This document shows positions 12,321-26,100 of a stretch of 58,722 bases of DNA, piece by piece. Below the pieces are notes generated by a model. That model was given only the letters and a program-made list of their open reading frames with translations, ran no database searches and was not told the DNA's origin. The stretch is taken from contig JAUCBJ010000831.1 in assembly GCA_032718475.1 (NCBI GenBank), positions 1-58,722 of the forward strand. Direction: 5' to 3'. Source of the stretch: Nemertoderma westbladi. Lineage: Eukaryota; Animalia; Xenacoelomorpha. The first letter of the stretch is position 1; the number at the start of each line of letters is the position of its first letter. The translations under genes were made by a program, and so were the position numbers.

Positions 12321-12826
12321 TGGGGGTCTTTTGTCGGTGTCTAAGTGCATTCACATTTCTTTAGTGGAATAAGTGGGTGGCCTTTTGGCGGTAGGTCGGT
12401 CAACATACTCATTTCTCTTTCGCGGAATATGGGCAATACCTTCGGCGGAGGAAACTAATTTATTTCGAAAATGTGACTTTTATATTATTATTATTAACAT
12501 GTAATTTGATGCACTGTGTAGTTTGAACAGTGTAACCTTACAGATACTGTAGGATACGGATGTCAGAGAGAAGTTGACAAACAAGAGAGGTTACATAAGT
12601 CAAATGTGCAAACAGCCAAACGGAATCTTAATTTGCGAATGTGCAAACAGGCAAACGGAATCTTAATTTGCGCCAGTTGTACTTACAGTAGAAGGTGATT
12701 AGCAGATTAATGATTAATTAAGGAGATTAGTTATTAAACAGCAAAAGTTAGTTGTGAGTGTAGTTAGAACTTCTGTGGTTCTACACATTGGTAAAACACA
12801 TTGATTATATTAAATATCAAACTTAC

Positions 12827-12931
12827 ACTGTCTCTTTCAACCAATTCGTTTAAGTTTCCATGGTTCTCTCCAAGACACTCCACAGCTAAAAGAGCTGCAA
12901 GAGTCAAAAGTAGAAGAGATTCATTGAACAT
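12827..12931 (-). CDS. Signal-peptide exon, probable exon 1 of the FReD gene
   Basis: MFNESLLLLTLAALLAVECLG hydrophobic leader; gtaagt donor in phase 0, compatible with the acceptor at 8307. Confidence 0.65.
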
Positions 12932-13339
12932 TTTTGGGTAAATTAAATACTTCACGAACTAAAATAAAAAATCTGCGAATGAATATATTACACTAACACT
13001 CCATACTAAACAATATATCACGCAACCTGTAGCGCAATGCTAGTAAATGGAGCAGTTTATATGAATAAATAATTGGTGTGTTTTATGGAATAAAGTAACG
13101 GACTGGTAGACCAACACAAACATCTACGGATATTGGTTTTGGTGAACAGGAAAGGGAAAATAATTTATATGAAGAAATAGTTGGGTTTCATTCTTGATGT
13201 ATTCATGCTGTATAGCTGCATAATAAAAGGAAATTTATGACTAATACATTGCATTGGAGTTTATACTGTATGAATCCATCTGGATAGGTAACCAACCCGA
13301 TTGCAGCAAATTGTCTGATTGTGTATTTATTATTACTTT

Positions 13340-13445
13340 ATAACTTTCATTGGGCCCAGCTTTGCAAAGTCGGCAATGATGTCCAGGAGGGATCGAAATG
13401 GTGACCTGCAATTTGGAAGTCTGCCCATTCCGCTAGCGGCTAAGG
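13340..13445 (-). mobile_element. Degenerate tRNA-like SINE head
   Basis: Minus strand reads tagccgctagcgg...ttcgatccc, with A/B-box-like spacing. Confidence 0.3.
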
Positions 13446-15613
13446 TATAAGGTAGACCTAGAAATACTACCTGATACCTTGTACAACAATATGTCTGCAA
13501 TTTACGCACTCATGACCTCCCATCTGGCAATACCATCATCTATTGCCACTGTGTCCAACCCCACTGTTCTTGGCCGTCTTTACATAGCATACAGTAGACT
13601 AGACAGATATAATAAGGCAAACGTTATATTACGTGTGTGATCATGGTAATTTGAATTCATACATGTAAAAAACCATAATTAGCACGAAGTTTTGTTAATT
13701 CCGACCCCGACAATGTAACTTGTAAATGGGTAGTTATTCCACGGGTCGGTTTTGAATTTTGAATCTTAACTTCATAGAAAGTGATACTGTAATAAAATCA
13801 TTGGATACACAAGTAGGCCCTAATTATTAATATTTAAGTTGGACCGTTGCAATTCTACCTAAGCCACCAAGTGAAAATTTCTTAAAAGGTACAAACATTG
13901 TGTCTCATTGTCTAAATGGTTAGCTCGCGTTTTAAGTTTGGGGTGTCTGTCATTCTGTTATGTTTTAAAATAGCCAAAATGCTACACTTTTTACTAAGTA
14001 TTTAGAAAATCACTTGTTCCACGAAATATTAGGCCTCAATTTCATATCACAATGGCAAAAGGGGACCAATTACAAAACAACATTTTCTAAGGCGTACAGA
14101 ATTCTAACAATGTAAATCTGGCTTCTGCTGGAGAAGTACAGAAAGGGTTGGTTAGTTTATAATGTGTTTATCCTTGGGAGTTAGTGCGGCGTCCTCCCTG
14201 TAACATATGTAACAGCCAAGAGAGTTGAACCTTCGGGTTGCCTCTGGTGTTTCAGTTTTACTAAAGTGGATTGATTGCTTACTGGTATAGAACATGAATA
14301 GTTTCCAAGAGTAAATTACCATCAATGTCATCAAATTTGTTTAAATATAAGTCAAAAACAACCATTGCTTTCTATGGGCCTTTGACTATTATATTTTAAA
14401 CATTTGCTTGTTAAAGTCAAATCAAGTGAAACGTTTGCCGATTCGGGGGATTTAAGGACCGATTCTGGACCAGTGAGTCAAACTGCGCGTATTCTCGGTG
14501 CATTCCAATAAATGGTAAGTTGACGGATAGTTACCATGGTTGCCACATAGTTTGCAACGGCATCCGGTTGAATTGCCATGGAAACCTTGTGTACCTTGTA
14601 ACTACGTGCCTCTGTGGGTTATATTCGCAACCATCCAGTTAGAGTTTGTTAGAGCCAGAGTGTTCCAGAACTCTGAGTCACTTTCCGCTATTTTAGAATT
14701 TATGTCTTCTACATATCCGTTAAATTCTGAAGTACTAGGGACTGTGGGTACTGTACGTTTAATTACGTTTAATTACTGTACATTAATTAAAATTAACAAT
14801 GGAGAAATGTCCTGTCTGTCGCTACATAATTCAAGCGAAGCGAATTATATCCTCAAATAATTTTTTAAAAAAGCGATTCATAATGAAAAAAATATCAGGA
14901 TTAATTATTTTGTCACAATATTTTATTTAATCTTATAAAGTCAGGCAATTAATGTTATTGATAGAAAATAGCGTAGGCCTACATAATTAGTATAATAGAA
15001 CTTATGTCTTCCGTATAAATAATGTAAAGTCGTGATCTTTTAAGAAATACAAATACAAGCAGCACTAGACATACAAGTGGTAAGCGGCATTATAGAAACC
15101 AAGTCAAAATAGTTTGATTAGGTTGAACTGGTGGTTGTCATGATGTTTCCTCACAAATCGATAAAGAAAAGTCGTCTAACTGGATTTCTGGCTGCTAACC
15201 CCTGCAAATAAAGTTATCATTCATTTAATTCGAGCATAATTACACATATTATACCGATATTTCTAAATTAATTAATTATTTTCAACACAGTAAATTAATT
15301 TCAACCACAGTAATTAAATAAGAGAGTAGATTAGTGTGAAATATTAAACTCTATACTATTCAAGTCAAATATTAATACGCGTTTACCGTATGGCCTATCT
15401 GTTTTTTCTGATTTTGTTTTTTATAAATACCTGACTCAATATTGTTCCTAAAAGTTATTTATAAGTAGCCAAATTTCCATCTAATCCGTCTGATACTAAT
15501 TATTAAATTAATTATAAATATACTACTTTCTTTCTAAAACTGTTATTTATCATCCCGTAACCATTGTAAGTAACAATAATACATAACGATAGTACATAAT
15601 ACATAATAATACG

Positions 15614-16186
15614 TAAGGGAAAGGCCTGGGCAGCCTTGAATAGGCTTTCTAGGATTTGGAAGTCACCGAGAATTAATCGGAAACTTAAGGTCCGATTATT
15701 TAGAGCAGCAGTAGTTCCAGTACTCCTCTACGGGAGTCCATGCTGGGCTCTAACTGCTGAGGACACCAAATCTCTGGATGGCACATTCACAAGAATGCTA
15801 CGCCGGGTTCATTGTGTCAAGTTAAATGCACACATCTCCAACCAGACACTATATAACATTGGAGGTGTCTCATTGGTTCCCCCAAAGCTTGACACTAGAA
15901 CAAAATCGCCTCCGCTTTGCAGGACATTGCTTTCGCCGTGAGGACCAGCCAGTGCATAATCTTGTACTTTGGCAGCCTCATGGAGTGAATAAGCATGGTG
16001 GACAGCCCATGACTTTCTTGAGACGCATCTTAAAAGACACTGGCCTTAAAGATGCGGATGATCTAGCAAATGTCATGGGTGATAGGGAGTTGTGGCGGTG
16101 CAATTTTGTTGACAAGCCGGCACAGCATTCTTAAAAATGCAGCTGCAATGCAGCATGCCGATCCTAGTAAGTAGTAGTAGTAGTAA
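15614..16186 (+). mobile_element. 5'-truncated RTE-like LINE fragment
   Basis: RT C-terminal motifs KVRLFRAAVVPVLLYGS..W and RLRFAGHCFR; frameshifted; (tag)n tail. Confidence 0.85.
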
Positions 16187-17440
16187 GTAACAATCTTAAT
16201 AAGGAATGCCCGACAACCCAAATAACCACCACTATATCAGTATATACAGCGCGACTTACCTCTATATTATCCTGTATAGCAGCAGATGGAATATAATAAT
16301 GAATTCAGAATTATGAAGCGACAGTAATGATATTTATATATTATATTTCAGGGCAGATATTTAAAATTGATATGGACAAACAATTATTCAGCTTGGACTA
16401 TCACTATACTAAACAATAACACCACTCTCTCGAGTAATAGTAGTAAGTAAGACAATCATGATATTATTAATATCTAATACAAAATTTAGTACGGAGTTAA
16501 TACAATACAATATAATAGAAAAACAAAATTACAATTACTACCTATAAGTTATTAGTACAATATAATAATAATTGCATAAGCTAATGTCCCCTGAACTGTA
16601 ATAACAATAATAATTATTATTTATTAATACTGTGGCCAATTATGATAAAACTATTTAGCACGTATGCTGCATAATGTTTCACTTTAACAGAATATATAAC
16701 TGGTATCAGATTAGAACACGAGTCTCATAAAGATACTCTATCAACTGTGTAATGAAAATGAAACTATAAAGATTCTAAAACCACATTTATTGTAATCAAT
16801 TATTGAGACAACGGTTTTATTGGTATTATGTAATAAGGGGCTAAAAAAGTATGAGCTACAAGGAGAAGACGTTGTCCCTTGTAAGTGTCATTACGATATA
16901 ACGGGAAAATATCAATAGCACGTTATAGCCTATTGCAGATACTATGTAATTATATTATTATAATTTAGCAATATTGCCTAATTAATAATAATTAATTATA
17001 ATAATAATATTAAATTCAAATATAAATATATTCTTCACTGAATTATGTTCACATTGGCGATTAAATTTTAAATTAATTGTACATTTTTGGTAGAATAAGG
17101 CCAAATAGTAACTTAAAATTATTATGAAAAAAAAAATTTTTTAACAGTAATTTTTTTTAATTTTAAATAAGTTGTTTGAAAAACGCCGGTGAAACGGAAG
17201 ACAATATTTAAATTACTTTAAGGCACTGCGAACGAACACTAATTAATAAGTTTTAAATAATTATAATATTGTACGTAATTAAATACTCAACCCCATTTGG
17301 GATCGTTGAAGGCTTGCATAGTACGGCAGTGGAAGACCGGAGATAAGGGGCTCCGTACATAAATACATCGTGGTGGAAGACACACAAGGGGAGATTAATT
17401 ACTGGGACCCGGTTCCAACTAAATTACTATATATTGTAAC

Positions 17441-18249
17441 CAGGGACAGGACATGATACGATACGAAAATACTATACGATACGATACGAATACAATTATG
17501 AGAAAATACTATACGATACGAACCAATTGTTAACAATACGATACGATACGAAAAATCCAAGATACGATACGAAATACGAAAAAGTTTCGTATTTTTTTCG
17601 TATCGTATTTTATCTAAGAGATGATAAAAATATGTATTGTATTTTGTATTACAATTAGAAAATCACATTAATCCCTCTATATAATAGGCAAGTATTTTAT
17701 ATATCAATATTCCAGTAAATATGTTTATGGAATAATTTTGAATTTGATTAAAAACTTCAATTTCGAAGTCAAACTAATACTAGTAGAATAAAACTGGTTT
17801 ATTTCAAAATAAATGTTTTATTTCTTTTATTTACTCACTAGAATGCCTTATAGTAACATCAATGTCTTGTATTAGGCGCTATTAGAGTTATCCTAGGACG
17901 TTTATTTAAACTGTAATTAGATTATATTTCAGTGGTATTTTTATCATTATTCAGCAGTTTTTTACCATGTGGTTAATGATTCTCCCTTCTTACATTCTAT
18001 TGACATGATAAAACTGTAAGCTGTAACCTAATTTATAAACCAATTTTGATAAAAAAATATGTTAAGAAATAAGTGGTGTTGATCTAGGGTTTGAGTGTTG
18101 AAAAACATTAATAATTACAAAATAATAATATATGAAAATACGATACGAAATACTAAAAAATTATTATTCGTATTTATACGATACGAAGTTAATTTTTGTG
18201 ATACGATATACGAAAATCCATTTTCGTATTGTATCGTATCCTGTCCCTG
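17441..18249. mobile_element. hAT-superfamily MITE
   Basis: TIR cagggacagga / tcctgtccctg; perfect 8-bp TSD attgtaac (17433-17440, 18250-18257); subterminal (gatac)n repeats. Confidence 0.93.
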
Positions 18250-19884
18250 ATTGTAACTTAGCCATAAATTTTCATACAATGAAAACAACAGATATATTGA
18301 CATAATAAGTAAATTTAATTTCAAGATGCGATTATTAAATATTATTATTAACATTTTTATTATATTTAAAAATTACCGTTATGTAGAGCTTCTTTATGAA
18401 TATATATCAATATTGGATTGAGTGGGAATAATTTAATGTGGGCGGGTCTTTCACCAAAAATGATTTACAGTTTAAACCCCAAGTCGCATATTATAATAAA
18501 TCATACTAATTATAATAACTAAATTAAAAAAAAAACACAAATAAACTAGTTTGTAAAGCTTATAAAGAGCACTAAATTATCAACTAATCAACTAAATAGT
18601 AATTGACACAAGATTACTGAAAGAATTACATAAAACCACAACAACAACAAGCCAGTATTATACGCAATCGGTTCATTGGAGTTGACTTCACACAATAAAT
18701 TACAATTTATAGGAAAAACTTGTATAGTTTTACTCAGAAGTAAGCCAAAGAGTTTAAGATTGTGTTTAAATCCACATTTGCAATCTGTTTTTGTGATTTT
18801 CTTAACTATTGCGTAATTATTAAGTATTTAATTAAGACTTAAGTAATAATTACGTAATTAGAACTGGTTAATTAATAAACGAGTTTGATAACATTGCGAT
18901 ACGCAGATTGACATGGGAAGTAAAAGTCTAGACAACATGGACAAAAAGGGGGTGACCCAAAACTGGCTGTTAATTCATAACAAGTTTCTTTGATTGACAT
19001 TCTCGGGGGAAATTTGTCTGATCCAAAAAATGCCTCTAAATTAAGGATCACCTTTAGAAAAAAGTTGACTGCTATTATTGGTGCGGTTCAACAACCCTTG
19101 TTCCCAAAAATTGACTCATTAGGTCATAAAAACTATTGCGGATTTTAAACTAAAACAAATAAATAAAATTACACCTAAAATCAATAAACCCAAATTTATT
19201 AAATTATGCGAAATTCTTCTACAATGTTACATATTTTAATTTCTTAGCAGGTAAATAAATGTATTTTAACTTTCTCTTCCCGGTTACCCTAAATCTGGTG
19301 CAATTTTAGAAAGATTTAAAATTAATATTTTCTGTTTATAGACTTTATTTATAGGACTAACAAGGTATTCCAAGAAATGTGATTTATTGTGTTTATGTTA
19401 GATTGACTAGAACGCTACGTGTTAAAACGGGATCCCGACTCCAGAACAATCCCGGTGGCAAATCTGATCCCCATCCCAACTGTTTGGGATCGCGGGATCC
19501 CGAAGTATAAAATATTTATTTTCTAGTGAAGTGAATTTGTTGAATAGAATAAAAAGTTTATTTACTATATGAAATTGATATGAGTAAACCAACTATAATA
19601 TTAAATACTTACACCACCGGAGCAATTCCGGCCTGATCCCGTTTAAACACTAAAACAGACCGGTACCCTACCAAGACATTCATATGGGGACGACAGGCAT
19701 GCGATAACATTATAATATTTATTTTATTTATTTATTTATTTGTGTATTTCTCAGTATGTCCCTACGTCATACATTTTAATATGTTTTTCCAGTAAATCCA
19801 GTATGTAACGCATTATTATTAGGTTGTTCTAGAGAGTTTGAGTGCATAACTACAAATAATTCCCCACAAATAAATATAATTAGA

Positions 19885-20010
19885 TTCGTAATTGTTCATA
19901 ATTAACACTTTAAAGCTTTTACGGCCCTCGTTCTATTATTTCCCTCGCTCCCGAGCGACCCACTCGTACCGTAACGCTATAAAGTGATATTTTATGAACA
20001 ACGGCGTATA
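19885..20010. repeat. Short hairpin (palindromic MITE-like) element
   Basis: ttgttcataattaacactttaaagc ... gctataaagtgatattttatgaacaa form imperfect inverted arms. Confidence 0.55.
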
Positions 20011-20170
20011 ACAGTCTATACGGTTTACTTTTCACCAACTGGTTACACCCAAGGTTCGATACATTATTAATTCAGTTGAATATAAAATATAAATAAATGA
20101 GCAGATATTTCACCGAGGAGCAATCGAAGCATGCGAGAAACAATGAAACACATAAACAATGATTATTTAG

Positions 20171-23100
20171 CTAGGATCTATTACCGCTTATTATCTGTCT
20201 GATAAAGTCTTCGTAATGAACTTCGCCCTGGGCGTTCTCGTGCCCAGCCAATATCTGATCAACTTCTTCGTCGCTTAATTTCTCGCCTACAAATAGAAAA
20301 CAAATAGAAATCGACGGGATAGGATCGACTTAAAGAAGTACGCTGAATACCGCACGGTCGGCGGGGGATCGAGTTAAGGAAGTACGCTGAATACCGCACG
20401 GTTGGCGGGGGATCGAGTTAAGGAAGTACGCTGAATACCGCACGGTTGGCGGGGGATCGAGTTAAGGAAGTACGCTGAATACCGCACGGTTGGCGGGGGA
20501 TCGAGTTAAGGAAGTACGGTGAATACCGCACGGTTGGCGGGGGATCGAGTTAAGGAAGTACGCTGAATACCGCACGGTTGGCGGGGGATCGAGTTAAGGA
20601 AGTACGCTGAATACCGCACGGTTGGCGGGGGATCGAGTTAAGGAAGTACGGTGAATACCGCACGGTTGGCGGGGGATCGAGTTAAGGAAGTACGCTGAAT
20701 ACCGCACGGTTGGCGGGGGATCGAGTTAGGGAAGTACGCTGAATACCGCACGGTTGGCGGGGGATCGAGTTAAGGAAGTACGCTGAATACCGCACGGTTG
20801 GCGGGGGATCGAGTTAAGGAAGTACGCTGAATACCGCACGGTTGGCGGGGGATCGAGTTAAGGAAGTACGGTGAATACCGCACGGTTGGCGGGGGATCGA
20901 GTTAAGGAAGTACGCTGAATACCGCACGGTTGGCGGGGGATCGAGTTAAGGAAGTACGCTGAATACCGCACGGTTGGCGGGGGATCGAGTTAAGGAAGTA
21001 CGGTGAATACCGCACGGTTGGCGGGGGATCGAGTTAAGGAAGTACGCTGAATACCGCACGGTTGGCGGGGGATCGAGTTAAGGAAGTACGCTGAATACCG
21101 CACGGTTGGTGGAGGATCGAGTTAAGGAAGTACGGTGAATACCGCACGGTTGGCGGGGGATCGAGTTAAGGAAGTACGCTGAATACCGCACGGTTGGCGG
21201 GGGATCGAGTTAAGGAAGTACGCTGAATAACGCACGGTTGGTGGAGGATCGAGTTAAGGAAGTACGCTGAATAACGCACGGTTGGTGGAGGATCGAGTTA
21301 AGGAAGTACGCTGAATAACGCACTCACGGCCCGGAAGGTAAATGCTAAATACCGATACTTTAATACTTGATATATTAATTACCTTACGAATGTTTAGAAA
21401 ACTCATAAATGCCGCCAATACAAATACTAACCGGAACTGCCTGTCATAGTTCAAACAAATACTAAATTTATAGTTCCTCTTAAATATAAGTTTTATTGAT
21501 AAAGTTGTGTTTCACTGACCGTTAGAGTGCTGTTATGTCAACATAAAAAAACGATGTGGATCGAATGCAGATGGGAGCTTAATAAAAAAAACCCAAAACC
21601 AAGGATAATAAAATCTATAATATTTGGCGTTTTGGGGAATTTTGAAAAATGCTAAACGACCCTTTGACCATTTAGGTTATTACATTACAGACTAAGACAG
21701 TAAGCTATAAGACTAGTCTCACCTAAGGCACTCAGAACGTGTCTCAACTCAGCCGCGGCTATTATTCCATTTCCCTCTTTATCGAAAACTCTAAATCCCT
21801 CCATAAAGTCGTTGAACTCATCGGCGTCCCGCGGTTTATTGGCTATCTGCTGATATATCGGCAGGAACTGCTCCACTGTGAAACGGGATTGACCTATGGA
21901 ACACAAATATGATAATATTCTAGATGACCGCTGAAAGCTGATCGGGGGGGCGTTCCCAACAGACCAAACTAGGAAATTATACTAGAATGAAAAGATCGGC
22001 GTATATAAGAAGAGTGACTAACAGGGAAACATCACCACATACTTCGCGAAATGCACCGTTCTGTTTGTCTTACACGTGTGCGGATAAAATAGATTTGGGT
22101 ATATAAATACATTTAGAGATTTTGATAAACAGACGGCTATGGGTGTCCTGCAATTACTGTTCACGACAGAGAACGTTTATAACGACATACAGGACGGGAA
22201 TTACAGCAAGACGCAATTACATGAGCAGTTACCAGGTGTAGAGTCGTGAGAATGCGGTGCATTACCAATCAGTTGTTTGTTCTCAGCTGATTGCATGCAA
22301 CGTCAAGGTCACTATTTATTTATTATTCACATGGTTTGGTCCTTGCTGCCTATATAGACGACCCGCACTGCTCTTTTTTAACTTATCTTGCTTGAATATA
22401 AATATATAAATATAATTGATTAACTGCTTAATGATTCTTCAAGCTTTTACATTAATCCGATAAAGAAATTGTTAGGTAAATAAATATAGACCTCCAATCT
22501 CCATATAATATACCAGACAATAAATGAAAGTCACGAATCATTATAGTAACAAATAATATAAATAACATAAGTGACTAAAACTGTGTGGGGTCTGTTGACT
22601 ATGTACCTTCGTTTTTAATCCCTCCGTTTAGCTTAACGACCTCCGCTTGCGTTGGGTTCAGGTTTAACGCCCTGAGCACGTCACCGACTTGCGTCGCGTC
22701 GATTTTATTATCTCCGCGTTTATCGAATAGCGAGAAACAATCCCGGACATCTGGGAGGTAAAGTAAATCCAAAAGTTAGATAATCTAACTAAATAAACGG
22801 GAGTAAATAACGGCAAAGCAAAACGAACGTGGGCGGTGGGGTTTACGTAAAACTGTAGAATATATACAATTAAAGAATTAAACCAAAGATTTACAGGTTA
22901 TCTGTCTGTCGGTTGCCGGCCTTGAGGGAGGGAGGGGGGGGGGGGGGGGGGGGGGGGCACAGCTGGTTGATGGAATGAAACGAACACATTTGTCAATTTG
23001 AGTCAGGGGAATCCCAAAGCCAGGAATATCCTTCCCGTACTGCTTTAACGCACAGCCTGACGGGAGCTAAAACAAAAGCAAACCGGATATACCAATATAA

Positions 23101-26100
23101 ACACATGATTGACATACCTGCCACCTTGTCCTCAGAAATTTTATCAACAACCTGAAATTAAAATGGGAACTCATTATAATTTTAGGAACGTAGCATATGC
23201 TGTGCATACTGTTACATTGAATGCTACGCTATATTACAAGTTGTGGAGCCTTCGCGCAGCACGAGAGCCTATATAAAAAAGTGTACTAGATATACTGTAT
23301 ATATGTATCAGATATATATACTAAAACCGTCTTTCCAAAAATATCAGAGTCATTTTGCATTAAACTGGTTGTTAAAAACAAAGATCCATTTCAGTTTGTC
23401 ATACACGCTTTAACTGTAATTTGTCGGTTTGTAAGCTAATAATTAGGGCTATTTAAGTTAATTATGACATTTTTAGTATTACAATACCATTCTGTCATTA
23501 GCCTCGTTGCGTCGATCTCTTTTGTTTCATGATACAGTGATATATCGTCCAATATACTATACCGGTACCAGGTTCCGCTCGTCCTGAACTGAACAGCTGA
23601 AGGCCCAACACAAATTACTGAATTATACTTGGAAAAATTGTGTAAATGAAAATGTGTACCGGTACCAAGTTTGGTTAGATTTCATCGAGGATTGGCTGAG
23701 TTTATAAACGTTTAATTTAAATATACGGATATACAGAGACAGACACACCGATTGACATTTGACATACAGACATAGTGGTAGGTAGCACTTTACCAATTGA
23801 TGGGAAGGAGCAGGTTACAGAGGCGGGCTTTTCTAACCAAAACAATAAACGATTACTTTACCACTCGAGGGAAACCATATGAAAGGTCACTGGTCAGCTG
23901 GTCACGGTCAGACAGTCAGCAGGTCAGTAGAAAAAATGATTAGGGGCTATGAAAAATTTTTTAAAAAGTGTTTCATAAAATAGGCGGTAACCTACTGCCC
24001 AGTGCCTACAGCGGCTACAGCCTAGGGCCTGTATCAGTATATCAGTACCGGTATATATAGGCCTATCCTATCTGCCTCTATAAAAGTGTTTCAAGGAACG
24101 GTCCCCAAAGCACAAAGTAACAATCCACCCTACTCCCTACAGCCCTACCCTCAGACAGTCAGACCCTGGCTAAAACGTACACCCGGCCGAAAACGTACCT
24201 CAATATTCTGATATTGGGCAGTTGGGTCGGCCTACTGGCCTACGTCTGTACGTTCAGACGTGACGTTTCCACATTAACAGTATAAGGCAAATGGTAGGCA
24301 GAAAGCCTACGTTTTGGTAGTTAAAACTGTAAAACCTACCACGTACGTACCGGTACCGGTACCTGCTCATTTCCCTCAATCTGTCAATTGACAATTGACA
24401 GGACTGACAGGAGTGATTCAGTGATTGGTAAAGTGATCGTTTATTGTTTTGGTTAGACAGTTAGAAAACACCACCACTACTTGACTAACTGTACTATAAC
24501 AGTAGGCCTAACCTGCAACCTGCAGACCTGCTCCTTTCCCTTATCAGCTTATCAGCAGATCAGCTTATGTTTCTAATTTAATTAAATTAGGCCTAATTTT
24601 TAAAACCCTCTGTGAACACTTAGTTCGTAGTTTCTGTTTGCGGTCAATTTACGTGTTATGCCATTGACTCGTGAATGAATGTAGTATAGGCCTAATGCAA
24701 TAGCTCCCATAGCCTTATGGAAGTACATTAGGCCTACTAATGTGTATTGAATTTTAAATAATTATATTTGATTTGACTTTATATTATATGATTGAAATAC
24801 TGCAATATATGTAGTTGGCTGGTTGGCTTTATTTTAATCGCAGACTACTTTGTTAACTAACATCCTGACACCTGACAACTACAAGAATGAATGGGGGGAG
24901 TCAGAGGCGCTCTTCTATCTCGGGAAGTAGCACAAACAAGAAGTTAACGACTCAAAGCAAATTTGTACAGACAAGTGTGGAGTGCACACTATGCACAACA
25001 ATTTGGACTGAAATACAAGTCCCAGAAGAAATGACAAGGAAAAAAACATTTGGGAAAAAACAATTTGCCTGTGGCTTCTGTTCAGCCTTACGCATGTTGA
25101 ATTTAGAGGACGAAAATCTCCAGCTACAGCAGGAGCTAGATGCAGTGAAAAATACGGTCAATAAAGGCCTAGATGGTGAGGATAAACTTATTATGGGGAG
25201 TGATTTATCAGCGTTACGGTGCGATATTGAAATACGCTTGGAAAATGTTGAGGTAACACAGGCTGATCTACAAACAAAACTGACAGTCATGGAAACATTA
25301 ACAACTGCAACGGCTATTGAAGACTCGGAAACACTAGAGAGTGAGGCAGCTTCCTCATGGGTTGAAGTAGTTCGCCGAAATTCGAAAAAGCTTGATGACC
25401 TCCACAAAACATTGGATGTGCAGCAACAGCAACAAACCTCAAGTCCAAACAGACCGATCCCTATTGATACTGATTCTATTGAGAGAGCTATAAGACTGAA
25501 TGAGCTGCGTAAATGCAATGTGGTAATTCGTGGAATCCCTGAGGGTACAGGTATCGATCCCAACCATGGCAACCATCAACGTGCCCATGATAGTAAGTTT
25601 TTACAGGACTCTCTAGAAGAACAATTACCATATCGTGGTATCCAAAGGCTGGGGAAACCACGTGAGGACAAATCAGCCCGACCATTGCTCATTTCTTTCA
25701 ACTCTCCTGAAGTAGCCAGTAAAGTTATCTCACGTAGGTATTTTACCGTTGGTGGAACAAAGTTCTATTTCGACAAGGATAGTTCGAAAGCTGAAAGAGA
25801 GGCAGATTATATTGCTCGTCAGAGAAGACGCAGCATTAGAGAAAAAAGGAGTACCAGTACTACTTCGACTACTAACATGCCTCCATCTGTGGAGCAGGTT
25901 GATTGACTATCTGTGTATCCGCTATCTACCTCATCCAAAGTGTTTCTGGTTGAGTCAACCCAAACTGTGACTCCAGTTGTGGATATCTGCAACAGTGGCG
26001 CCATAAACCTGAATGCTGATCCAGTGGTCACTGTAAATAAAATATTTGCGAAATCAGGGCTACATATATCGCACCAAAACATTCAAAGCTTAATTCCAAA

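Noticed and set aside
20330-21325. 44-bp array as CRISPR
   Set aside because: Head-to-tail units without spacers, in a eukaryotic intron.
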